From the NCBI RefSeq assembly GCF_009914755.1, contig NC_060939.1: a stretch of DNA of 64,000 nucleotides; one strand, written 5' to 3'. The position numbers and the translations under genes were made by a program. The DNA is from the human T2T-CHM13v2.0 reference genome, Homo sapiens. Each line of letters opens with the position of its first letter. The first letter of the stretch is position 1. This document shows positions 1 to 29,749 of the stretch, in pieces. The notes under the pieces are model-generated. The model had not been told where the DNA came from. It saw only the letters and a list, made by a program, of their open reading frames with translations, and ran no database searches.

Positions 1-213
1 ATGCAATCTTCGCTCACTGCAACCTCCGCCTCCCGGGTTCAAGCAATTCTTCTGCCTCAGCTTCCCAAGTAGCTGGCATTACAGGTGTGCACCACCACGC
101 CTGGCTAATTTTTGTATTTTTAGTAGAGACAGGGTTTTGCCATGTTGGCCAGGCTGGTCTCGAACTCCTGACCTCAGGTGATTGGAATTACAGGTGTGAG
201 CCACCCCCCCAGC
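1..213 (-). mobile_element. Alu (partial, internal deletion)
   Basis: Antisense Alu consensus (ctcactgcaacctccgcctcccgggttcaag...gtgagccacc). Confidence 0.9.
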
Positions 214-229
214 CTAAAAAAAGATGAGT

Positions 230-2400
<2,171 letters not shown>

Positions 2401-3830
2401 GTTTAAAGCCTGTTCTGGGTCTTCCACATTCATTATTCTCTACGGTCAATCACATTCCAAGGATTGTTGCCTCCAATGCATGCCTTTTTCTCAATTTTAT
2501 TTTCTCCCATCAGAGTCATGCACAGATTAGCTCCCAAGTGAGCTATTATAATGGCCTCCTAGCATCTAAACTCTCCTTTTTTCCAATTGATAGTTCTGCC
2601 AGAGTTGTCTTCTTAAAGCAGAGGTTAGACCGCATTTCTCTTAAGTAAATTCCAATGACACCAAAACAGTGATTCTTAATAAGAATTACAAGTAGGGAAA
2701 TACAGATGGGAGAGTTTGCTTAGTAAATAAGTTCATAAAATCTAGGTTAAACAAAGTTAAATGGGGTTTGCTTTTTGCTGTTGCTTTGTTAATGTGCATT
2801 TGAAATTTCTAAAGTGGCATTACATATCCATAATTTCCCTTATCTATTTGACAAAGGAATCTGGTTTGTTTAGAAGCATTTTTTCAGAACTGTGATAGGT
2901 CAACCTTTCAGAAATTCCTCATTATCAACAGTCAAATCCAGATGTATTTTCTTTGGCTCTCACAACAGGCTTAGAGGAATTTCTAGTCTGTTCTCCTGAT
3001 GTTTCATTATGTGCATCTTTTGCTTAGGCCTGTTAAACCTACTCAATGTGTGTATCTTCTACTCCATGTCTTTATTCCTACTGTTGTCTTAACAGGAAAT
3101 CCTTGCAACCCAATTCATAGTTTTTGTTCTTTGGAAAAATCCAAATCATGTATCATGAATACATATTTTTTCTCTATTGGGATTTGCCTGTTTTTATGTA
3201 TCACAGCCAGAAGTAATCACTGCATAGTGTATTTCTGTAGAAAGATAGAAGAGTTCTATTTTAACACAATATTTCCTATATACCCAGCAAAGGTCTAGGT
3301 ATTTATACATACTATTGTATTTATTCATCTCATCAATGCAATGAAGAAATATTAATAAATCCATTATATATGCTAAAAGGTAGCGACACATATATGCTAC
3401 ATGTGCAGGTTTTCTCAGGTATTATTAGCTAGGGAAGCTGTGTTGTAACAATCTTCAAAAACTTCTTTCTATTGTTTACATGCTATTCCACATCATTTTG
3501 TTTTCATTTCTTTTGTAGTATCTAATGTATTCTACTAAAAAAAAAAGTAGAGTAGTTGGAAAACTTGTGAAAAAAACATATGTATTACATATATACCATT
3601 CTTCATGATTCTCAAAATTTTCATCATTATTAATGTTTTGTGTATATATATATATATATTGTGTGTGTATGTATGCATGTTAGATATATAATTTAAAAGA
3701 AAACAATAAGTTGGTGGCTTATGGCAAATTGTTCCTTAAGTCCTGCATTTGAAACATAGACACTGAGTGAATCAGCACATTTGATCATCTTTTAACTACA
3801 ATAGATGATTATACATTAAAAATACATTAA

Positions 3831-4186
<356 letters not shown>

Positions 4187-7100
4187 CAAATGCATCTTTA
4201 GGAAAATTATATTTAAGCTCTTCATGGAGACATTAAAAAACCAAGCTGCATTAATAATAAATAATTATATCATTCATTAGTAAGGAGTAAATAGCTGTTT
4301 TCTATTTGAGAAGTATTAATTGGATTGTCCATCTGTATGCAGGAACATCTGTTTTCTGACATGCTTTAATCACCATTTGTTTTGTACTTGTACCATAATT
4401 ACACTTGTTTGTAATATTGAACCGAGACAATGATTAAAATCAACTTATGAATACGATTCTTTTATGCTTTTGTATTTCATTAGAAAATGTGTAATTCTGG
4501 TATGACATTTATAAGTATATATAAAAGAAAGTATTTGATTAACAAAATGCCTCAACAGATTATGTCAGTAAAATGAGTGTTATATCATGCAGTCTATGTT
4601 ACTATTTTGGCATTTTTAAGGAAAGTTTATTGCTTCACGGAAGCTTTTTTTTAACTGACCATCTATGAATTTTCTGTATTCTTTATTTCATTGTGATCAC
4701 ATGGTCATAGAAGAGACATTTTTAGATCATCAGAAGTTGACAGTTTTCAGTGTAGTGTATGTGCTTAGTATAAGATGGAATTAAGTTTGTTGTATGGGTG
4801 ATTGATGAATTTTTACTGAATCATGGATAACTGCTGTTCTATTAATGACATTTCATCAATTAACTCTTTTGGATATGGTTTATCACAAAATGTTGCTGAT
4901 TTAATGTTTGTGGATTAACTGAGGTGAAAGTGATACCTGGTAGAAGTTTCATTAATACAAATTTTCCTCTCTTAGGAGTAGGATGGATTATATTATTTGT
5001 CGAAATGCCTTTGCATGTAAGTTCTTAACTGTCAGCTTTCTTGTCCTGTGAATCATATCTTTTCTGTATTTGCTGAAATAGAGACTTAACATTGTTAAAT
5101 GATTTTTCCATGTCATGGAAAATGTATGCCTCTAAATCTGCGTTCCTTCCTACAAATTACAAGTTCAAAATGACTTTTTTTAAGAAACAAAAAAAAAAGA
5201 TGGATTTCTCGTATTTTGTGGCAGGATAAGCTCCCTGTAGCCTATCTTAAATGTTGATTACGACTAAAACTATGAAAAGTACAATAAGCAACTAACTGAG
5301 GAATCTGAAAAGTAAATAAAAGTAGAATTATGAGTGATAGGCAAAATCTGGAGAAGCACCCTGCAGTAGTGTGAGCTTCCATTGTTGTATTTCTTTCAAT
5401 CAAAACCAAAACAAACAAACAAAACAAATAAAAACCAGAAAAGAACCACCACCAACAAGAAAACACTCAAGGAAAATAGATATTGTGATAGAAACAGCAG
5501 AAATGTCGAGAAACAAAACCAGAAGGTTAGAATTATTAGAGAAAATAATATAAAAAGTAATTTTAAATATCTAAACAAAATTTTAAAAAGGAATTTAAAA
5601 AAATAAGCAAGGAGAAGACAATAAAAATAGGTTGATAATTCATTTGTTAGCATTTGTCTGTTTGGTATTTGTTGACCATTTTATTTTTAAAAAATTTGGC
5701 TATATTTGCTTTTGGTGTATTTCTTGTATATGTATTGTAAAATTTAGTATTTATTATTATTAAATATTTTATATTGTTAAATGATAATTTATTTTTATTG
5801 ATAAGAAAGATGTAGTTTTCTGGTTGTTATTTTTGTAATTTTACCTGCATTTATATTTTTCTCCATTTATTTAGATAATACCTAATGGTTCCCCACAATG
5901 AGTGGCAATTAAATTAGACTCTGTGCTATTTTCACTTTCTCAACTTCTCCTGAACTATTTGATTTTTGTGGCAGGATATTTCTTAATATTTGCCTTTGTG
6001 CCACTTAATGTTTTCATACTATTATGGGCAAATTTTGAGATTTAAAATGAACCCATTACTCTCAGCTATTATAGACGAGGCAATCAGGGAGCTAATTCCT
6101 ACTTTCCCCTTTCTTTTACTCTCTCCTCCTGGTTGTTACAGTTGAATCATTTGTACATTATCAGAATCATCAGTAAAATATCTTTTTACATCTTCTACAC
6201 CATGTATCCCTTAAATCTATATATGACGCATTGAATGCTTACCTCTTGCCTTACTGGTAGTATTTTACCTACTCAGAACTAGGTTGATTGAACTTTGTCC
6301 TGTGGTAACTCTCTTAATAAGAACTTTCTGTAAAGTGTTCCCTGAATTATGGGTGCTTATAACTGTACACTTTATAGCTGATAGATATCTTGCAAGGATA
6401 AGGATAACCATTTGCTTCTCCCTTCTCTTCTTTCTCAATATTTCCCCCCATTTTCTGGTGTTAACTTTTGCTGTGGAAAACTCTGATGCCAAAATGATTT
6501 TCTTTTTCTCTAAGTTGACAATTTTTGCTTAAGCCCTCACATAATGCTTTCTTAATCTTTAAAGTCCTAGTCCCATACACAGATATATCTTGGTGTTGAA
6601 CATTCTAATAACATACATAAGCATATACTACACAGTAATGTAAATATATGTGCTTATGATGATCTATCTTGTCTTAATATAGGCAATAACTTTTTTCTAA
6701 TTCTATCCTATGTTTTACAGTTTTTGGATTTTTGGACGGGGAGAGGACTTACTACATATTCTTCTCTCACACCCTTTACGACCCTTACATTATTTGGGGT
6801 TCAGTCTCCCTTGTTCTCTTTACAATTTAGTTTTTTTTTTTTTTTCTACAATGATTTTGTTTTTAAATCCTATTTCTTTCATGGATTCTGCCAGTTGCTA
6901 TTGCACTTTCTGGCTATCTCTTCCCCATTCTCTTGCATTTCACTTCATGGTCTCTTTATGTTTTATTACACCCTTAAAATTTATGTTGGAATGTATAAAT
7001 GTTCATTCCTTTTTTCATCTGTTTTGTAGCAACATGTTTCTAGTTATTACAAGAGTTGATATATTCCTTTTTTATCTTTATTCTTAAGAGTATTTTTATG

Positions 7101-8340
7101 TGAATGCTGAGAAAATTCCTTTAGTATTTCTCATATGTGAAAGTTGAATTTCCTACAGGACAAAGGAAAGGGGTTGTAGAATGTGCCCCAGCCTGCTAGC
7201 TCAAGGGCCCTCTCATCATTTGCTACAGTGACAGACTGTTGCCTCATTTTGGGGACATTATGGAGTCACCGCTCGTTCTCCATAAGAGCATAAATGATTA
7301 CCAGGTAGTTGTTACTGTCTTCTCTCCTTGATACTCATACATAACTCATAGCACATATGGAAGCAACCTTCTAAATACCCATGTTTTATCTTTAAAATGT
7401 TCTTTGTGTGTAGCTGCCCATTTGTTTTGTGCTAACTGACTGACCCTATTACCTTCAGTTGTAACAACCCATTTAAGGTAGAAACGAAGGACACTCATCT
7501 CCATGTGTTTTCAGAATTTAAATGAAAAAATAAAAAGAGGCTGATGTCACTTCCCAGTTTAACGCAGGGGTTTTATTTATTTATGTACACTCAATCAAAC
7601 TATGACTATTACAAATGGTTTTACCGCTACAATAAAGATAGTTAATTCATAACTCAATAAAAATGAAGAGTGAAAGATTAAAAAAGGAAAGCAACAATTC
7701 TAAACTATAAAATCTACTTCAGAAAGCTACATACAGCAAAGCTCAATAAATAAATTATGAAAAAAAGAATAATATGGGATAAGTTTTATGGTTTAGGAGA
7801 TACCTTCCTATAAGCCAAAAACCTAAAAAAAAATGCTAAAGGTATAGCTTGCTATAGTACGTGGTAGGAGAAATTAACATGTATAAAATCAATAACACTC
7901 ACATTATGTGATAGTCTACAGCCAAAGAATAATAGAAAGCAAGTGAAATGCTTAGCATAGCTATTTAGTCTACTAAATTAGGTTTGTGAAAATGGGAATG
8001 CCAAATGCCTTAAGGCTTATGGCAGGTGCAAAAGCAAAACATCAGAGGTCAACCTAAGGATATTTTTAATATAAAATTAATGTACCTGCATTGTAAGCAT
8101 TATTTTTTTTGTATGGTAGAAAGGAAAAAATTCTTGTATTATTCTACTATAAATGTGTATTCTTTGCTCTACTAAATTTGCATGTCATCGTCAGCCTTTC
8201 ACTTTGTCTTCAGCTAACAAGAACCTCTTGGGTTCATCCTTTGGAGAACCTGATATGGAAAATGGACTGAACTAGGAGAAGAGCCTTTGTTTAGACCACA
8301 TGCTGAGGTCTAGTGGCTTCAATTAAAAATATATAAATGT

Positions 8341-8656
<316 letters not shown>

Positions 8657-9224
8657 TTAATCTCTAAGCTTTGGAAGGAACAGCCTATCTACAGAAAAAT
8701 TTAAAACTTGGTCATGACAGGTACAGAGTTGGGCCCCATTAATTTTGTTGACATTGAGGTCAGCAGATTCTGTAAATTTTCACTATACCTCTCATATGAT
8801 CTGCCGCCACACCATTCATACTCTTAACTTTATTTCTCCTCACACCAGTAAATTACTAAAACTGCCAAGTTTTTTTTTCACAAATTAATATCTTTAGCAT
8901 TCTCCTCCTTCAGCCTGCAATGAAATTATCTACTCCCCTCCCTCCTCCTTCCTCCTTGACTCCCGCTAATGCACATTTGTGTTTGGTTTCCACACCAAAT
9001 GAGCTACCTTCAATAAGCATCCCACAACTCCACAGGGAACTTTTGTTTCTCTACCTTCTGTGCTGTCAAAGCGCTTGGCTCAGAATGAGAGATCTGTCTG
9101 CATTTCAGATCTACAAATTACTCATTGTGTGACCTTGGACATATCCCTAATATTTTTGAGCCTCAGTTTCTCAAAAATTAGAATAAAGATACCAAACTCC
9201 TGGGGTTTTGTGAGAGTAAAATGA

Positions 9225-10703
<1,479 letters not shown>

Positions 10704-10738
10704 AAGTTCTACTTTTCTAATATTTAAAATATGAAATA

Positions 10739-11022
10739 GGCCGGGCACGGTGGCTCACACCTGTAATCCCAGAACTTTGGGAGGCTGAGGCGGGCAGATC
10801 ACCAGAGGTCAGGAGTTCGTGACCAGCCTGGCCAACATGATGAAACCCCGTCACTACTGAAAGTACAAAAATTAGCCGGGTGTGGTGACAGATGCCTGTA
10901 ATCCCAGCTACTCGGAAGGCTGAGGCACCTAAACCCGGGAGGTGGAGGTTGTAGTGAGCCGATACCATGCCACTGCACTCCAGTCTCGGCGACGCAATGA
11001 GACTCTGTCTCAAAAAAAAAAA
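10739..11022 (+). mobile_element. AluS
   Basis: Alu dimer with poly(A). Confidence 0.9.
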
Positions 11023-11129
11023 TAGATGATGTCAGTGATTTCTATTACATGAGATCTGGAAGCACTCTGTACCTGATTGCTCCACGTTTAGTGGTGCTAA
11101 GTTCAAATAATTCAGGTGGTGAGAAACTG

Positions 11130-11640
11130 ACTTCCGTAGGAGTGCGGGTGTGCGTGCGTGCCGCGGAAATCCCGCCTTCTGGCGCCTGCGGTTGCCCCCT
11201 GGCCTCAGCCGGTAGGCTCCCAAGTAGGAAGATAAACCGCATTGCACGAAGCGGGAGAGTCCAGAGGAGCGGCGAAGCGCTCCTCTTCCCCATTGGCTGC
11301 GCCCACGGAGCCGCCTTGCGATTGGCCCTAAGCGCGGGTGGCTGGGGTTGCGAGAGGCATCAGGATCCCTGGCGGCGCCTGAGCCAGCGGCTGCTAGGAG
11401 GCTGTGTCCGCAAGCCAGCGGGGCGAGGCGCCTGGGCCCTGCGCGTCAGGTCCCGGCCTGGGGCACCGGGGCTGCCAGCGTCGGAGGAGGTGCGGGCGCG
11501 GGGTTGGCGGGCGGCCGAACGGGGGCCTGCGCGGACCGCCCGCGGCTCAGCCTCCGGTCTCTCTCCGTCTCTAAGTGGTGGTGGCTGTGGGTTTTTCTGC
11601 AGGTGATCCTTTTGAGTAATTTGTTTCACGCAGGCGCCCT
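11130..11640 (+). promoter_or_regulatory. CpG-island promoter and non-coding exon 1 of a HERC2 duplicate
   Basis: High CpG/GC; two reverse CCAAT boxes (attgg ~11292, ~11321); probable exon 1 donor gcgtcag|gtcccg at 11449/11450; ~0.85 kb upstream of HERC2 exon 2. Confidence 0.8.
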
Positions 11641-11701
11641 GCTGTAGGGTAAAGCGGCAGATTCATGCTGCTGTCATTTGTCGTTCAAACTGTGGGCTTC
11701 T

Positions 11702-12273
<572 letters not shown>

Positions 12274-12304
12274 TTAGGTCTTCAACATGTGTGTTTACTT
12301 GCAG

Positions 12305-12407
12305 GCCTGAGACCTGGGAGGAAGCTGGAGAAAAGATGCCCTCTGAATCTTTGTGTTTGGCTGCCCAGGCTCGCCTTGACACCGAATGGTTGAAAACAGA
12401 TATACAG
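12305..12407 (+). pseudogene. HERC2P: HERC2-derived exon 2 (start-codon exon)
   Basis: ttgcag|GCCTGAG...ATACAG|gtgggg; 31-nt UTR plus 72 coding nt. Confidence 0.93.
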
Positions 12408-13299
12408 GTGGGGTTTGACATGTCTCTTTCTTGGTGTATTTCTGCTTCCATGTTTAAATTTCTCGTGTAAGGCTTTTTTTTAGGGTATGTAAGGGGAAGT
12501 CAGTTGTATCTTGCTATATTAGAGGAGCAGGTTTGTTTCCTGTAACTTAAAATGTAACAGTCTTTATGGCTGTTTTTGTAGATCGTGCGCGGCTGCCTTT
12601 TAATTAGTTTCTTGCAAGTGCAGGAAATGAGATTTATTAATAGGGAAAATTTTTTTCTTAATTATTATTACTGGTTGAGAAATCTGCTACACTCCTAACC
12701 ATATCATGGTGACTGTTGTTTGTTACTGATAGTTTTTGAGCTGTTGAGTTAACTGTCGAGGGGAAAATTGGAGAAGTAAGTTGCAGTAATTATGGCTGCT
12801 AGAAACTCACTCCTTTTATGAGGTCTTGTGTTTGTGTTTCTGGAGAGAAAAGAGTTAGTTCAGTTGAGCTGTTTGTTTTGTATTTGTAACCAATACAAGG
12901 ACTAAGGACAATTGTGTTGAAACTGAGGTCATAATGTTGGGATCTTAAGGGCCGAAGGTTCCAAACAAATGGTATGTATAGAGTTCTCTCTGACTTGAAA
13001 TTTTCCCTTTCTGGACCTCCGGATGCTGAGGCTGGGAGTGTCCATATGACAGTGCCTTCCATGACAGGAGTCAGCAACCTTTTTTTTTTTTTTTTTTTAA
13101 CACGTATCAGTAATTCATTCTGTATATTTTGAAAAGTTTTAACCTCTTCTTCCTAGCCCTCCAGTATTTGTTAATAAATTAAAACGTTTCCCAAAGTGTT
13201 TTTTGTGAAACAATAATTCTAAAAGATGCTCTAAGAAAAGCTAAGTACATGGAAAAATCCAAAGTGTATATTTTATTTATTACATTTCATGAATTTTTG

Positions 13300-14414
<1,115 letters not shown>

Positions 14415-14779
14415 TAAGCAATGTGTTTGGGTAGTATGTGTTCGATTTTCTCTATGTATACTTTGAACCCTACAGTAGTGAAAGGAAGAGTAGACAACTT
14501 TGAAGTTGATGTGGTGTGGTCTTTGAGCTGGTGGTGCTAATTACTCTTGGTTGTTTTCGTGGCCTCCAGTGACTTCATCCTGCTTTTGCTGTTGTAAAGT
14601 GTTGTAATTTATGCTCCTGAGAATAACTCTTGAGGTGTACTTAGGGTTCTTGTCTGCTTCCTGGTGACTGTCGAAGCTTTTCATCTTGAAGAAGGGAGAT
14701 GAGCAGTGTTCCAGTGTACTGAGATTAAAATTAAGAATGTTGCATTTTTTTAATATGTAAAATTTATAGCCAGCTGTAG

Positions 14780-15407
<628 letters not shown>

Positions 15408-15591
15408 ACACACACACACATACACACACGTAGGGCAGAGTCTGGCATTTAGAGCCAGCACCTGTGTTCTCACCTGAGCTGTGTTCCTGGCTGGGTTCTG
15501 CTGTGTATTCTGTGACCCAAGATGTCTATCTACCTTGGTAAACTGGAGACAACAAAGCCTGCCTCCTTCAAGGTTGTTTGTAAAGATTTAA

Positions 15592-16633
<1,042 letters not shown>

Positions 16634-16649
16634 ACATATTTTTATTAAA

Positions 16650-18970
<2,321 letters not shown>

Positions 18971-20009
18971 GGGAATTTCTCATCTTCTCTCTACTGCCTC
19001 TGAGTTGGAGATGTCAGAGGGAGCCATGGCCCACTGTAAAGTAACACAATGTCCTCACCCACAGGGTTAGAACCCCTCTTCTGGTGGCAGCTCTGAGGGG
19101 AGCAGTCACATGTGGAGAGTGCAGGGCTCTGTGTCCAGCTGGGGGAAGGAGGTTACCAAGGGGATTGACCCCCCTCTGGCCAGGTGGCTGCCTTCTGACA
19201 CACCAGTCTCTCTCTCTAGCACGGTGGCCCCTACACACCCAGCCTGTCAAACCTACAGCCCTCGGGAAGGCTTTGGCCAAATCCATGAGCGGCTCCCTCT
19301 GTTAAGAAGGAAGCACAGCTGAAGCATGAGGAGGGCAGTAGAGTGTGTATGCTCCGCCGCGTCTCCCCACAGTCTGACCAGAAGGAAGGGGCCTTTCAGC
19401 CAGGCTCGCCCAGGCTGGGGTTGGAGTGTCAGTATCAAGCCAATGTCTTCTTGCTTAATGAGTGAGCCCAGGTGCTCCCGTGCAGCTGCCACCGTAGTGA
19501 GGGTGAACCGGCAGGAGGCTCCACGGCACTTTCAGGCTCAGGCTGCCTGGTGAGATCTACTCTGTGGGCTCTGTAGGCTGGTAGAGGCTTCCAGGAGGAG
19601 GAGGGGATGCAGCCACCAGTCCCCACTCCTGGGAGTCGTATTTCTGAAAGCTTGGGTATACAGTAAATATTAGGCTGTGGGCTGGTTTATCTATGGATTT
19701 GATGTGGGAGGGTTATAGGTACAAGCAGTTTAAAGATGGAAATTTTGAGAGAACCCTTAGTGCTGGGTAAGGCAAGCAGGCTTGTCAAAGCAGCTCTTTT
19801 GGGGAGGCCAGAATCCTGTACCAATGTCCTCAGCATGTTCATCAGCTGCTGGGGGAGTGCCGGACAGGATGAAAGCACAGGAGAACTTTGTGGATGATAA
19901 AATGTTCCATATCTTCAAAGGAGGTGGGTTACATGGGTAATGCATTTGTTAAAAGTCATCAAAATGTAAACCAGATCTGTGCATTTCACGGAATATAAAT
20001 TATACCTCA

Positions 20010-20338
<329 letters not shown>

Positions 20339-21263
20339 GGTTTTCAACATTCATTAAAGGCAGAGTAGCTTGTTATAGACTAGCCTCCCCACAGGAACAG
20401 TTAGAAAAACTGGACAAAAATGTGTCCCCCCTTCCCCCCACCATCAAAAACAATTGTTGGAAGGTAATTGGAGACCTCAGCCAGGACTTGAGTGACCAGG
20501 CCTAGGAGGTGATCCTGACAGTCCTTAGTGCTTTTCCCACATTTGGTGATCGGTCAACAGTAGAGGGCTAAGAGGCTAAGAAACTGAGTATGAAGTGATA
20601 GTTAAGAGGCTGGAGAGCCTAGCTGAATGTTTGGCACTCTCACAGGGCTGAAATGACATAATGAGAATTTGGGTCCCAGTAAGGAGATGAGACCTTGGTG
20701 GGGATCCTGGAAGGGCCACCCCTAAGAGTCCAAAAGAATAAAAAATAGACCAGCTGTCACAAAAACTAAAACCTGCTTTGAGCCAGCTTAGTCCCAAACT
20801 AGATGAAGGCGATCTGCTTGAACGCCAATTGTGTGCCATAAAGTCAAAGTCAGTACTCTCTGGAGGCAGATAAAACTTTACTAGGCATGCCATAAGACAA
20901 GACAACGCAAGACAAAAGGAGAAAACAAACAAAAAAAACAATAGAAACATACATAGATATTAGAGTCCTCAGGTAGAATTTTTTTTTTTTTTTTTGAAAT
21001 GGGAGTTTCACTCTGTCACCCAGCCTGGAGTGCAGTGGTGTGATCTCAGCTCACTGCAACCTCAACCTCCCACGTAGCTGGGATTGGTGATCCACCCGCC
21101 TAGGCCTCCCAAAGTGGTGTGATTACAGGTGCAGGCCACCGTGCCCGGCCAGTATTTTGCCACAATTTAAAATAAATTTTCTTTTTTTCAAGTTTGTTCT
21201 CAGACTGTATTCACAAGGTCACATGGCGGCTTACACTTCTGTAGGCCTTGTTGACCGTTCTTT

Positions 21264-27556
<6,293 letters not shown>

Positions 27557-27599
27557 GGGGTGGGGAGGGTGGTGGGGTTGGGGTCACATTGGCGTGATC

Positions 27600-27860
27600 C
27601 AGGCGAGGACAGTGATATGCCTCCAGTCACGTACCACACAGCTATGTGACTGAGCCACAGGAGGCGTCACCGGGGCTGCACTAGAATGCGGAAAAGGGGC
27701 GTGGCCTTAATGCTCCAAGCCCATTGGTCAATGAGAAAGATGAAAGGGAAAGGAGGCGGGGCCAGGCAGCTGCGGGTCATGAAGGTCCTGTGATGTCACA
27801 AGGAAAGCCTCCCATGGAACTGCTGTCCCCGCCCACTCTGGGAGAGGGGCGGGGCTGGCT
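27600..27860 (-). promoter_or_regulatory. GOLGA6L7 proximal promoter
   Basis: CCAAT (attgg 27723-27727), GC boxes (~27697, ~27755, ~27826, ~27848), CRE-like tgatgtca ~27791 and cgtca ~27665. Confidence 0.55.
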
Positions 27861-27870
27861 TTCACTTACT

Positions 27871-29749
27871 TTTTTTTTTTTTTACATATATAACTTTTTA
27901 TTATAATTTAAGGTATAGTCGATAATATAATGTTTTTTTTTGTTTTGTTTTGTTTTGTTTTTTTTAATTGATCATTGGGTGTTTCTCGCAGAGGGGGATT
28001 TGGCAGGGTCATAGGACAATAGTGGAGGGAAGGTCAGCAGATAAACAAGTGAACAAAGGTCTCTGGTTTTCCTAGGCAGAGGACCCTACGGCCTTCTGCA
28101 GTGTTTGTGTCCCGGGGTACTTGAGATTAGAGAGTGGTGATGACTTTTAACGAGCATGCTGCCTTCAAACATCTGTTTAACAAAGCACATCTTGCACCGC
28201 CCTTAATCCATTTAACCCTGAGTGGACACAGCACATGTTTCAGAGAGCACAGGGTTGGGGGTAAGGTCACAGATCAACAGGATCCCAAGGCAGAATAATT
28301 TTTCTTAGTACAGAACAAAATGAGAAGTCTCCCATGTCTACCTCCCTCTACACAGACACGGCAACCATCCAACCTCTCAATCTTTTCCCCACCTTTCCCC
28401 CCTTTCTATTCTACAAAACCGCCATTGTCATCATGGCCCATTCTCAATGAGCTGCTGGGCACACCTCCCAGACGGGGTGGCGGCCAGGCAGAGGGGCTCC
28501 TCACTTCCCAGTAGGGGCAGCCGGGCAGAGGCGCCCCTCACCTCCCGGACGGGGCGACTGGCTGGGCGGGGGGCTGACCCCCCCACCTCCCTCCCGGACG
28601 GGGTGGCTGGCCGGGCAGAGGGGCTCCTCACTTCCCAGTAGGGGCGGCCGGGCAGAGGCGCCCCTCACCTCCCGGACGGGGCGGCTGGCCAGGCGGGGGG
28701 CTGACCCCCCCACCTCCCTCCCGGACGGGGCGGCTGGCCGGGCGGGGGTTGACCCCCACCTCCCTCCCGGACGGGGTGGCTGCCGGGCGGAGACGCTCCT
28801 CACTTCCCAGACGGGGTGGCTGCCGGGCGGAGGGGCTCCTCACTTCTCTGACGGGGCGGCTGCCGGGTGGAGGGGCTCCTCACTTCTCAGATGGGGCGGT
28901 TGCCAGGCGGAGGGTCTCCTCACTTCTCAGACGGGGCGGCCGGGCAGAGACGCTCCTCACCTTCCAGGCGGGGTCGCGGCCGGGTAGAGGCGCTCCTCAC
29001 ATCCCAGACGGGGTGGCGGGGCAGAGGCGCTCCCCACATCTCAGACGATGGGCGGCCGGGCAGAGGCGCTCCTCACTTCCTAGATGGGATGGCGGCCGGG
29101 AAGAGGCGCTCCTCATTTTCCAGACTGGGCAGCCAGGCAGAGGGGCTCCTCACATCCCAGACGATGGGCAGCCAGGCAGAGACGCTCCTCACTTCCCAGA
29201 CGATGGGCGGCCAGGCAGAGACGCTCCTCACTTCCCAGACGGGGTGGCAGCCGGGCAGAGGCTGCAATCTCGGCACTTTGGGGGGCCAAGGCAGGCGGCT
29301 GGGAGGTGGAGGTTGTAGCGAGCCGAGATCACGCCACTGCACTCCAGCCTGGGCACCATTGAGCGCTGAGTGAACCAGACTCCGTCTGCAATCCCGGCAC
29401 CTCGGGAGGCCGAGGCTGGCAGATCACTCGCGGTTAGGAGCTGGAGACCAGCCCGGCCAACACAGCGAAACCCCGTCTCCACCAAAAAAATACGAAAACC
29501 AGTCAGGCGTGGCGGCGCGCGCCTGCAATCGCAGGCACTCGGCAGGCTGAGGCAGGAGAATCAGGCAGGGAGGTTGCAGTGAGCCGAGATGGCAGCAGTA
29601 CAGTCCAGCTTCGGCACAGCATCAGAGGGAGACCGTGGAAAGAGAGGGAGAGGGAGACCGTGGGGAGAGGGAGAGGGAGAGGGAGACCGTGGGGAGAGGG
29701 AGAGGGAGACCGTGGGGAGAGGGAGAGGGAGAGGGAGAGGGAGAGGGAC
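27871..29749 (-). mobile_element. Full-length SVA retrotransposon with 3' transduction
   Basis: (CCCTCT)n hexamers ~29625-29747, Alu-like domain ~29260-29620, GC-rich VNTR ~28460-29255, SINE-R ~27966-28450, A-tail 27933-27965; near-TSD tcacttact (27862-27870) / tcactttct (29750-29758). Confidence 0.96.

Noticed and set aside
8214-8307. Exon-like segment after ctttcactttgtcttcag
   Set aside because: Weak donor (gtctag) and no recognisable homology
11049-11647. 185-aa and other ORFs over the CpG island
   Set aside because: Stop-poor GC-rich promoter; no recognisable homology
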